This document shows positions 40,921-49,228 of a stretch of DNA of 64,000 nucleotides, in pieces. Each line of letters opens with the position of its first letter. Within the stretch, counting starts at the first letter, position 1. Source of the stretch: a virus; IMG/VR virus record IMGVR_UViG_3300033156_000272, positions 23,094 to 87,093 of that record; one strand, given 5' to 3'. The position numbers and the translations under genes were made by a program. The notes under the pieces are model-generated. The model saw only the letters and a list, made by a program, of their open reading frames with translations. It was not told where the DNA came from and did not search any database.

Positions 40921-42441
40921 TCCTCCTTATCTGCTAGTTCTTTATTCGGCGTAAATACATTCACACCAATATGAACTCTAAGTTTTTGGCAGTTAGTTAG
41001 CACTGGTTACTCCCCCCATTCAGTTCCAGGAGGTGCACCAACAGGATTCTCTATATTCAGCTTACTCACCTTCTTAGTTAAGATGTCGATGTGCATTTGC
41101 ATGTATGATATGGTAGCACATAAAGCGTAATTGTCACAATTTGTACACCCTTCAAATTCGCAGAAAGCCCTAGGATCGGGTCCCAAGTGGTCTTTCAGGC
41201 TAGTGTTGCACTTAGAATAGGGTATTTTGGTTTTCGTCATACACTCTCCCTCCTCGCTTCTTTCTAATGGCCCCACTGGTCCCTTTACTATTCGATGAAG
41301 ATTCCTCTTCCCCGTTAGTACGTTTTCTGTCTTCATCAGAATCGGATTCCTCGAGTCCGGAACTCCCGCTTTCTTGTGCATCTTTACTAGTGGGTTCGGG
41401 GTCGTCGCTTTGGGGTTTATAGTTATCCCTCCGTAATTCCCTGGCGGAAGATCTCCTTGCTCTTTCCTTCTCGTAGTCTTCCTTATTGAATCTGCAGTAT
41501 TCATCTTCATCACCATTGTAGTATCTACATTCTCCATTCTCGTATAGGTGTGCTATCTTACATATAATCGCCGAGTTCTGTGAACAATGGTATATGGGAC
41601 ATAAGTATGGTGTTGATCTCTGTTGAGAATCCTTTTCCATATTGTTTCCTCCTTTCCTCTTCCATCTTGTCAAAGAAAAACTTGGCGGTCTTTCTGTCTA
41701 AGCTCCTTTCGTTCCAGATAGCCCATCGAACACATGCATCATCGAATGATTTTGCACTGTCTTCTATTGATTGATTGGGTAACCATATTGCAGATACTGG
41801 ACAATTTTCAACATGTGCCTTGAGCTTGTGGAGTACTTTCTCCTTTGCACCAAGCTCTACAAAACTACCTATAATTTCTTTTTCTATGTCAACTTCCTTT
41901 ATATTAAAATCAAAGGTTCCCGTCTTTGTAACTCCCTCTGCGTCTTTTACAAATACCGCAAATATCTCACCATTGACTCCATCCCAGGTGAATTGCGGTC
42001 TGCGAAAGTTAAACCTAAATCCGTGCTTTAAGAATAGTCTTTTTAGGGCCACTTTGTTGTTATGATATGCCTGGCCATCAAGTATAAACGTTCTCATTCT
42101 ACTCATAGATAGTATTCCCCATCTGGTTCTGGTATTGGAATTGGCGATATGCCAACGTGCTTCATCTCAACTTGCTCTACTGTGGATTCCTGCTCCTTCT
42201 TGAAGAGCGACTTTCCACATACCTCACTTACCAGTATGAACGCGAGGCCAGCTGCTTCCTTCCTATCTGACTGCATCATTATTATATCGACAGAACTTCT
42301 TCTGTAGATGCAACGAAGAGTTGGGTATCTGTCTTCCAATACTCGTCCCATTGTAGAGATTTCTGCTGGTCGTGCTTTTATAGTCAAGCAAGGCATATGG
42401 ATATGTATTTTCATATTTCATATAGTATATCGCTGTCGTCG

Positions 42442-42467
42442 TATATAAATGCGTTGTAATTACAACG
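42442..42467 (-). promoter_or_regulatory. Promoter GTAATTAC-N6-TTTATATA, overlapping the 16-bp palindrome CGTTGTAATTACAACG
   Basis: Read directly; intergenic. Confidence 0.7.
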
Positions 42468-42926
42468 ACCTACTCGTCATCAGACAGATTGGTACTCTCG
42501 CAGATTGGACAGTACATGTTGGGAGGATGGCCAAAGTCAGTGTGGCTGGTGTATCCGCAGTTGTTACATTCTATCATTGTATCACGTCTCTCCATGCTTT
42601 TGAGTCCCCGGTTTGACAAGACTTAATCCCTTTATCAATTTCCGCCTTCTCTTCGGGAGTGAGGTTTATGGTGTCTGTCTCTTCAATATAGTGAGGCATC
42701 TTCCTGAATGCAGTATTCGAGAAGCCAGAGAGCTTGCGGACAGCTCTAGAGAAAGCCATTTCAGTTCCAACAATAGTATCGAATGTATCGCTCTCGTTAC
42801 ATATTGATATTCCCTCTGCCTTGTATCCATCGTATGTATATACGATAACCTTGATCCATCGTCTTTCCGGCAACATTATTCTCACCACACGATATATCGT
42901 TAGTGGTAAAGCTCTTTCCGTGGTAG

Positions 42927-43000
42927 TGAGCCTGGAGGGATTCGAACCCCCGATCAATGGATTAAAAGTCCATAGCCATACCTAGCTAGGCCACAGGCTC
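42927..43000 (-). tRNA. tRNA-Lys(UUU)
   Basis: Acceptor GAGCCTG/CAGGCTC, anticodon arm ATGGA-CTTTTAA-TCCAT, T arm GGGGG-TTCGAAT-CCCTC. Confidence 0.93.
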
Positions 43001-43362
43001 TCTGAAGGCACGGTTAGCCACTCTGGATGCTTTCGAATGCAGCCCCGAGCTTTCTTTATTAGGTCATATGCATTATGTATTCCATTACTATGGTATTTGT
43101 ATAAGTAGTACGCTACTACTAGTGGACTTCTATCAATTCCAGCGTTACAGAATATGAGTACTTGTTTATTTGCATCACGATACGCGCGGATAATACTAGT
43201 GAGTGCGTTATAGTGATTCATGTTCACTTTCGTGGTTTTTTCATTGACATCAGCTATGTCACGACAATCAACAATGCGCCATCTACTATTATACTCATGG
43301 ATACTGATAAACTCTGCATCGTACACATCGCCGATCCATATTCCAGGGATAATCTCATCCAT
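42982..43362 (-). CDS. Dual-specificity phosphatase (CX5R)
   Basis: 'EIIPGIWIG', 'FCNAGIDRS', 'AYDLIKKAR'. Confidence 0.9.
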   Translation of the reverse strand: MDEIIPGIWIGDVYDAEFISIHEYNSRWRIVDCRDIADVNEKTTKVNMNHYNALTSIIRAYRDANKQVLIFCNAGIDRSPLVVAYYLYKYHSNGIHNAYDLIKKARGCIRKHPEWLTVPSESLWPS

Positions 43363-43547
43363 AATGACACCTTATTAGTTCCATTCGATTGTTATTTCAC
43401 CACTACATTCACCATCAGAACAGTATGCATTGATGTTCTTCTTTATCCAATCGAGTACATCGTCCTGGTATTTGTCCGTCAGTAGTTCCAGCATTTCTTC
43501 TACCATCTTGCATTCAGTATCCATCGTTCATTCCTCCTGATATTCAG

Positions 43548-43616
43548 ACCCGAGCGCAGGACTCAAACCTGCTTTTGTCGACGCATCAACTGAGACACAC
43601 TCAGGTGTCACCCGGG
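43548..43616 (-). ncRNA. tRNA-like RNA (acceptor and T arm, non-canonical middle)
   Basis: CCCGGGT/GCTCGGG; T arm GCAGG-TTTGAGT-CCTGC; internal CTGAG/CTCAG hairpin. Confidence 0.5.
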
Positions 43617-43625
43617 ATGATGAAT

Positions 43626-43791
43626 AGGCCGGGTAGGGATTTGAACCCACGACGGAAGTCCTGTTGCTAAGACTACTCGAACCGCGCGCCATGTACAAGC
43701 AACGTACGCTGAGATCTTTGTCTCGTAGGCGCTCTGGGAGGCCTCCTTAATGCACTCCCTTCTGGTGCATTACCTGACTATGCTACCGGCC
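43626..43791 (-). ncRNA. Expanded tRNA-like RNA (about 166 nt)
   Basis: GGCCGG/CCGGCC acceptor, D arm GCAT-AGTCAGGTA-ATGC, T loop TTCAAAT; a multi-hairpin insert replaces the anticodon arm. Confidence 0.65.
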
Positions 43792-43804
43792 ATTTTGCGA
43801 ATGT

Positions 43805-43878
43805 TGGTGCTCGCGGAAGGATTTGAACCTTCATCACCATAAAACACTGGTGTCATCGCCAGGTTAAACTACGCGAGC
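43805..43878 (-). tRNA. Atypical tRNA with encoded CCA and an 8-nt anticodon loop (identity undetermined)
   Basis: GCTCGCG/CGCGAGC-A-CCA; T arm GAAGG-TTCAAAT-CCTTC; ACCA-GTGTTTTA-TGGT. Confidence 0.6.
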
Positions 43879-43994
43879 AAGTCGTGGCTTTTTGATAACG
43901 CAGAAGCCTAACTGCCAACTTGGTCGGCTAATCACCCAGCCCGGTGGTAACACCATGGCCACTTCGCCTAGCCGAAACCATGCTCCAGGATTTT

Positions 43995-44093
43995 ATCGAA
44001 TTTTGTATCCTGTTCCCTAATCGTTCATCATTTTGAACTTTGACTCTTAATCGTTGAGTCCTGATGTTTGAATGTTGAACTTTCTAGTTCATC
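43995..44093 (-). repeat. About 12-13 degenerate 7-nt repeats (e.g. GTTCAAA, ATTCAAA, ACTCAAC)
   Basis: GTTCAAC ATTCAAA CATCAGG ACTCAAC GATTAAG AGTCAAA GTTCAAA (AT) GATGAAC GATTAGG GAACAGG ATACAAA. Confidence 0.7.
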
Positions 44094-44099
44094 AGTCTA

Positions 44100-44172
44100 T
44101 AATATGGTGGGATTCGAACCCACGACCTCAATCTCATATAGATTGCGCTCTACCAGACAGAGCTTCATATAT
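44100..44172 (-). ncRNA. tRNA-like domain embedded in the larger RNA (pseudo tRNA-Ile UAU)
   Basis: D arm GCTC/GAGC, CAATC-TATATGA-GATTG, T arm GTGGG-TTCGAAT-CCCAC; only a 5-bp acceptor, A8, A33, no CCA. Confidence 0.75.
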
Positions 44173-44260
44173 CCATCGAAGAACTCTTAACCCAGAGCTT
44201 AGGGGGAACGAGTTTACCCGCTCGTTCCACACGGGGGCGTGTCTTTAGGTTTTCGAGTGA

Positions 44261-44893
44261 TTAGCCGACGTTAATTGTTATCTTGGTCACGGCATTGCAC
44301 TCGCTCAAGGACTGGTCTACATCAGCCTTGAACTCATCTATCTCTTTGTCGAGTTTCTCGATGAGCTTCTCAATGCCTGCAGGATCAAAGAGTGACATAG
44401 CATTGGTATCACGATACGACTTGCTGATGTTCTCTACATCAATGTTCTGTACACCTTCTTTTCCCGCAATTTTCTCTAACATGGTTTTCAGGCTTACTTC
44501 CACACTGCTATTGGCCAACTCTACCTGGTCTTTGAGATGTGCAAACTGTGTTCTCATCTGCATGAGAAGAATTTCATCATACTGAATGCTACCCTTCCTC
44601 TCTATGGCACCCGCCACAGTATAACTTTCTCCTGCAATCTTTACAGAAGTAGATGCGTTCGACGCAACAACTGCGGTTTTGATGATGTTTCTGCGCTCAA
44701 TCATTGCACGGATACTCTGCAAGTTCTTTCTGCAATGTTTCTCCATATCTTCCTTCGAAGTACGGTGTACGGTAGTGGTCTCTTTTCCTCGTACTGCCGA
44801 TAGGAATATTGCATTTACGGTCTCCTTCAGTATGCGCTTATCGAGGAGCTTCAACTCCACTAGCGCACGTGTTACGGTCATTTCTTCCATCAT
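44261..44893 (-). CDS. DUF6847/DIP1984-like ('septicolysin'-annotated) coiled-coil protein
   Basis: 'TVTRALVELKLLDKRI', 'SNASTSVKIAGESYTVAGAIERK', 'VDQSLSECNAVTKITI'; family recognised from memory; GGAGG RBS. Confidence 0.6.
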   Translation of the reverse strand: MMEEMTVTRALVELKLLDKRILKETVNAIFLSAVRGKETTTVHRTSKEDMEKHCRKNLQSIRAMIERRNIIKTAVVASNASTSVKIAGESYTVAGAIERKGSIQYDEILLMQMRTQFAHLKDQVELANSSVEVSLKTMLEKIAGKEGVQNIDVENISKSYRDTNAMSLFDPAGIEKLIEKLDKEIDEFKADVDQSLSECNAVTKITINVG

Positions 44894-44904
44894 TCATTCC
44901 TCCG

Positions 44905-45195
44905 TTGGACGAGTCGGGAATTTAACCCATATAATCGTCCATGATGACATGTTGTTTCGTGAGAGCGACTCACTGGCACATACATGTAAAGCCAAGGCGA
45001 TTGCATCCGACATGCCCACCGTCGGGGAATATGTTACGACGTGTCTGGAGTCACACCAGATTGCGCAGGGGAAGCCTGCTGGTTCCCTTCACGTCGATAG
45101 AGTTGCCGGGTTTTTCTATACCGCGCCGGCTAGCGGTTCCAGCAAGGAGATGCTGGTTGCAGGGGTTTAGAGAGGGGTTCAGGGGGATTCGTCAA
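44905..45195 (-). ncRNA. About 290-nt highly structured RNA with paired ends and a T-arm-like 3' end
   Basis: GACGAATC/GACTCGTC-CA closing helix; GGG-TTAAATT-CCC; at least 7 hairpins; complementary loops. Confidence 0.65.
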
Positions 45196-45345
45196 TTTCT
45201 ACAGGCTTACCATACATTTGCATGGCTGCCTCTATTATTACGTGGCCCATTAGTAGTAGTTCCGATGGCTTCAAATTAGTATAGTGGAATTCTACGAGGT
45301 CATCCTCAATCCTTAGTTCTATTTTGCGACTCATTATACCACTCC

Positions 45346-45390
45346 TGGTGGGGGGTTGAACATAACGGCATGCTTAAAGTTCTTCCCCCC
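45346..45390 (-). ncRNA. Minihelix-like hairpin ending in ACCA
   Basis: GGGGGG-AA-GAAC...GTTC-AA-CCCCCC-ACCA. Confidence 0.45.
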
Positions 45391-45399
45391 TTGATGTAG

Positions 45400-45461
45400 T
45401 GGGAACGGCAGGACTTTAACCTGCGTCATCTTCTGCAGAGAATCGTTTGCTCCACGCTCCC
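45400..45461 (-). ncRNA. Truncated tRNA-like RNA (62 nt)
   Basis: GGGAGCG/CGTTCCC-A; T arm GCAGG-TTAAAGT-CCTGC; vestigial D and anticodon arms. Confidence 0.55.
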
Positions 45462-45797
45462 TTACTGTAACTCATCAATCATTATTGTTTTGTGCTTAAC
45501 AGGACTTTCCCACTCTTCATCATTGATTTGCGCAATGAGCGCTTCCGACCACCATTCTACAGCATGCTGGTGTTCTCCGGTTACCACTCGTTTGTCTACT
45601 GTGACAGACTTCCCTGATATAATTGCACCGTGTTCTCTAAGTCTATTCTTTGCTTCCCTGAACGGATAACAAGATACAGTTACCCCTCCAAGTATTCTAT
45701 GGAAGATGCTTATGGCAGCACAAATGCCACCTATAATCAACCCTTGCTTTTTTGCTTCATCAACCAATGCCTGCACCTTCTCGTCTTCCCAGAACAT
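45462..45797 (-). pseudogene. N-terminally truncated DJ-1/PfpI-family protein
   Basis: 'WEDEKVQALV...IIGGICAA...VSCYP...GA....SVTVDKRVVTG'; the family's N-terminal third is absent. Confidence 0.6.
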
Positions 45798-46098
45798 TTT
45801 AGTGAGTCCAAATGCACCACTAGTTGTTGTATATTGACTTTGGTTTCTGGGGCATCCCGCTAGTATCCACTTTTCCAGAGTACAAGTTACTCTCCATAAA
45901 CATCTTAATGATTGGGTAACTTACTCGACCTCTGCGTCTCACATCAGACATGGATGGCATATCTTCTGGGTCTACTTCAATTATTTTCACTATTCTAACA
46001 TCTCCTTTTATTTGGTAGAACAGCCAGGCATTAAAGCCATCGTGCTCATGAGGATGAGAGTCAGGGGGCGAACCCCCATCATCTCGGGGTTGTGACGA

Positions 46099-46392
46099 TT
46101 ACTCGTCTTCCTCGCTGTCGTCGTCCTCTCCCGGCTCTCCGCCAATCCAAAGGTAATGGATGTGTGCATCGACAGCTTTCTTCTCCACCAGTCCTCTCTC
46201 GACCATCTTGTTGACAGCCTGGTTGATGGTGGGTTTCGCGAGACCGGTTGCTTCGTGTATTTCCGCAACGGTAAATGCCTCGTCCTCGTGTTCGAAAAGG
46301 TACTTCATGATCGCTGGTTTCACGGTTCCCTTTGGTCTGCCTGTGGGTTCTACCCCTTTGCTGTCGAAATCGTCTCTACTTACTGGGCTCAT
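46099..46392 (-). CDS. Winged-HTH DNA-binding protein
   Basis: 'IMKYL....EAFTVAEIHEATGLAKPTINQAVNKMVERGLVEK'. Confidence 0.85.
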   Translation of the reverse strand: MSPVSRDDFDSKGVEPTGRPKGTVKPAIMKYLFEHEDEAFTVAEIHEATGLAKPTINQAVNKMVERGLVEKKAVDAHIHYLWIGGEPGEDDDSEEDE

Positions 46393-46500
46393 TGTTTTTC
46401 AACTCCTTTGTTTCTGCTTCTTCACACTGAAGAATGTGATGTGTGATTATGGTAATTTTGTATTTTATCATATCTTACATATATGGTATCCGTGTTATAG

Positions 46501-46522
46501 TATATAACCGTTTCGGAGTTAC
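46501..46522 (-). promoter_or_regulatory. Promoter: GTAACTCC-N6-GTTATATA
   Basis: Matches the recurring consensus; nearest candidate promoter upstream of the RNA island. Confidence 0.55.
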
Positions 46523-46625
46523 TTTGACTAGCTCGACAATCTATCTGATTGCTCGCGACCTTCATCCGGATCATAGTGCATCGTTCCTTATGCTTAGATT
46601 TTGTTGCTAATATAGTATAGCTTTT

Positions 46626-46651
46626 ATAGTATATATAGTTTTTGTTTTTAC
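46626..46651 (-). promoter_or_regulatory. Promoter repeat CAAAAACTATATATACTAT (copy 1)
   Basis: The identical 19-mer occurs at 46626, 51212 and 62466; BRE/TATA-like. Confidence 0.75.
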
Positions 46652-47226
46652 ACTGAGGGGATTACCCTTAATTTAGTGTCTCTGCTCCATATACGGGATA
46701 CCACTTCATCTCGTATTCATAGAAATTTTGTGTTATGTGCATCCAGCAACTTATATGACACGGCCCCTGTCTAGTTGGTACATAGAGAGCATCTATAACC
46801 ATGCTTTTGTTGCATATGTAGCACTTACAGTTTGGATCATCTTTCTTGTTTGTCATTATATCACCCTGCTACTGGATTTGGCTGCACGATCTGAAGCTCT
46901 CCGCACTCTTCGCACTGCAGTACACCAACCTGTAGCACGAGATCCACCTTTCTAACGAGTCCCTTGTTTCCTTTACATTTAGCACACTCAAATCCCGTAA
47001 CGTAGCAATGTAGTTTCATATTTTCACCTATCCAAATGATGGATCAAATTCCTCATTCTCTCTAATTGCTGCATCTAGTTCTACCATATCTTTAACCTTT
47101 ATATATAGAACAGGGGCATCGTCTTCATGCTCATGGTACCAATACACTTCAACTATTCCCTTTTTGTGGTACTCGTGTATTATTTGTTCCATTTCATACG
47201 GAAACATATTTAGATGGTATGCTAAC

Positions 47227-47508
47227 TCATTTATCGTATAAGCCAGCCTCTCCATCTTCTTTCGCGGGTTTGCGTTCTTCTTCCTCTTGTTTTTCTTGCC
47301 GAATAGAGACATACATCATACCTCGTTTCTTCTTTTTGTCAACTTTAATTCGCTTGACTTTGATTTTTCCTTCTTCCTCGAGGGAGCGAATCGCTCCATA
47401 TATAGAACGCATATCTTCCTCAAGAGCTGACGTTATCTCTGCAACTGTGAACGCCCAAGTGGGATTCATTCCCAGAAATGACATCAACCTTCTTTGTAGT
47501 TCATACAT
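47227..47508 (-). CDS. Winged-HTH DNA-binding protein
   Basis: 'AFTVAEITSAL....RSIYGAIRSLEEEGKIK'. Confidence 0.8.
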   Translation of the reverse strand: MYELQRRLMSFLGMNPTWAFTVAEITSALEEDMRSIYGAIRSLEEEGKIKVKRIKVDKKKKRGMMYVSIRQEKQEEEERKPAKEDGEAGLYDK

Positions 47509-47786
47509 TATAAACCATGACCTGGTATTAATATATCTAATCCTAATACACGCAACGCCAGATCTATATCTGCCTCATTTATTACCACTCGATGACCGTG
47601 CTTAGCCATGTACGCAGATTGCTCTGCAACAAGAGTGAATAACTTGTCTAATACAACTACCATTCTTGCTTCTGCAGGACTCCCAAGAGTACCATCTATG
47701 TGTTGCTCAATTATGCGTTTTATGGTTTTCCGAGGAATGGTCACCCTGTGTATATACTGTCGTGCACTCTTCTCTTCTGGTAGCAT
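47508..47786 (-). CDS. Archaeal histone-fold protein
   Basis: 'IPRKTIKRII...AEARMVVVLD......AEQSAYMAKHGHRVVINEADIDLALR' aligns by eye with the HMf-type pattern. Confidence 0.8.
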   Translation of the reverse strand: MLPEEKSARQYIHRVTIPRKTIKRIIEQHIDGTLGSPAEARMVVVLDKLFTLVAEQSAYMAKHGHRVVINEADIDLALRVLGLDILIPGHGL

Positions 47787-48683
47787 TTTATTTTACCTCC
47801 TTCTTCTTTGGTATCTTGATACCGAATGACTCTTCCCACTTTTTGTCCAAATATGGGCATATAATATCATGATGTAGGAGAGTACCAGCAAGCCGCTTCT
47901 CGGTACATCTTCTTAAACCGAGTCCGTTGCTGTAAAATCTTCTACATCTTCTGCAGTCTCTTCTATATCTAGGTCCAGGAAACGCCATTCTCTAATCGCC
48001 TCAATGTCAATGTTTTTCGAATTTCGATTGCCAACAGGTGCAATGTATCTTTTTGTTCTACCAACCTTATGTACAACTATAGCACGCTTCTCTAGAATCA
48101 TGTCTAGTAATACCAGAGATTCTGTGTATGTTGTCTTAAAAGTGTAAGCTATCCATTTAATGAGAACAGCATGACTAATTCCGTCGGGTTCTGTCTTTTG
48201 TGCATCCGCAATATATTCGAATACCTTATTTATGATACCAACTCGAACAGTTCCAGTAGTCATCGTCGACTCGACGAAACAGCTCTTATCTACACTACAC
48301 TTGTTTTCCAACTTAGGACACTCGAGGGGTATTGTGCACCCACATCTATACAGTCCTTTAGTCACACGTCGCAAGTTCTTGCCGCATATAGTAGTTATCA
48401 CCTTATCCAATTTCATAATGCTTCTTCACTACCAGTATAGGCAGCCCCCCAAACATTTTGAGATCTGTCACCTTCACGAATATATGCGGACTCTTTGGAG
48501 AGCTCGCATTCGAGATGGTTAAGAATAAATTCCCTGCCTTGCTATCAATAGAGTCTATCCGGAACACATGTAACATTCCGTCATCTTCGTTCTCTACGAC
48601 CACATTAGTTCGCGGAACTACTATCAACTCCATTTTCTGCTTTGTTATACATGCAACCGTTGTTTCATACCTTCTGTGTGATA

Positions 48684-48959
48684 TCATGTCTTTTCCTCCT
48701 TTATAGCCCAGTAGATTATTTTGTTAATCATCTGCCGGGTTATCTTATCTTTGCGTAACAGAGCATGTAATGCAACGTATACGCATGCTGGCTTTGATAT
48801 TTCAAGCTCTTGCTGTATCTCTGTCTGTGTAAACGCCAATTCCTTGTTGTCTTCCAGGAAATTGTGTATTGCGTCCTGATTCTTCCCAACAGTCTTGGGT
48901 TTGTCGATCGGGAGATCTTCAGCCTCCTCAAATTCATTTACTGGCATTGGCACAGTCAT
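48684..48959 (-). CDS. Winged-HTH DNA-binding protein
   Basis: 'IHNFL....LAFTQTEIQQEL...VYVALHALLRKDKI'. Confidence 0.8.
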   Translation of the reverse strand: MTVPMPVNEFEEAEDLPIDKPKTVGKNQDAIHNFLEDNKELAFTQTEIQQELEISKPACVYVALHALLRKDKITRQMINKIIYWAIKEEKT

Positions 48960-49228
48960 CCCTCGTCAATAAGTTCAGTAATAATATCATTATCTGGTCC
49001 TATACATACAACAGCAGATGCATCATTCTTCGTGATTATAAAATCGAACGCACTTACAATTGCATGTATGTTCATGCCATACCCACGCAACTTGGTTACC
49101 ACATCTTTGGTAGATCTCTCATCAGATATATATATGCGGTCGGCGTGAACCGTGTATTCTGACTTTATCAATAGTTCAGTTCTCATATTTTTGATTCTCT
49201 TTCTCATGATCATATCTCCATTTATCAG

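Larger units (their letters stand above)
43923..44269 (-). ncRNA. About 347-nt structured RNA downstream of the DUF6847-like gene
   Basis: Perfect 13-bp terminal inverted repeat (43923-43935 with 44257-44269), internal hairpins, tRNA-like domain and heptamer array. Confidence 0.75.

Noticed and set aside
42574-42957. ORF start at 42957
   Set aside because: The predicted start lies inside tRNA-Lys; the real start is probably downstream, near 42890-42875.
44905-45195. Calling this RNA tmRNA
   Set aside because: It has no GGGG 5' end or G3-U70 pair, no clear tag ORF and no SmpB, and archaea lack trans-translation.
44679-45279. Plus-strand ORFs 44679-45170 and 44941-45279
   Set aside because: They are antisense to the local operon, have no RBS, and are better explained as stop-poor GC-rich structured RNA.
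46040-46100. GGGG-TTCG-CCCC hairpin as a SECIS element
   Set aside because: No in-frame TGA candidate gene was found nearby; more likely a stability or terminator hairpin.
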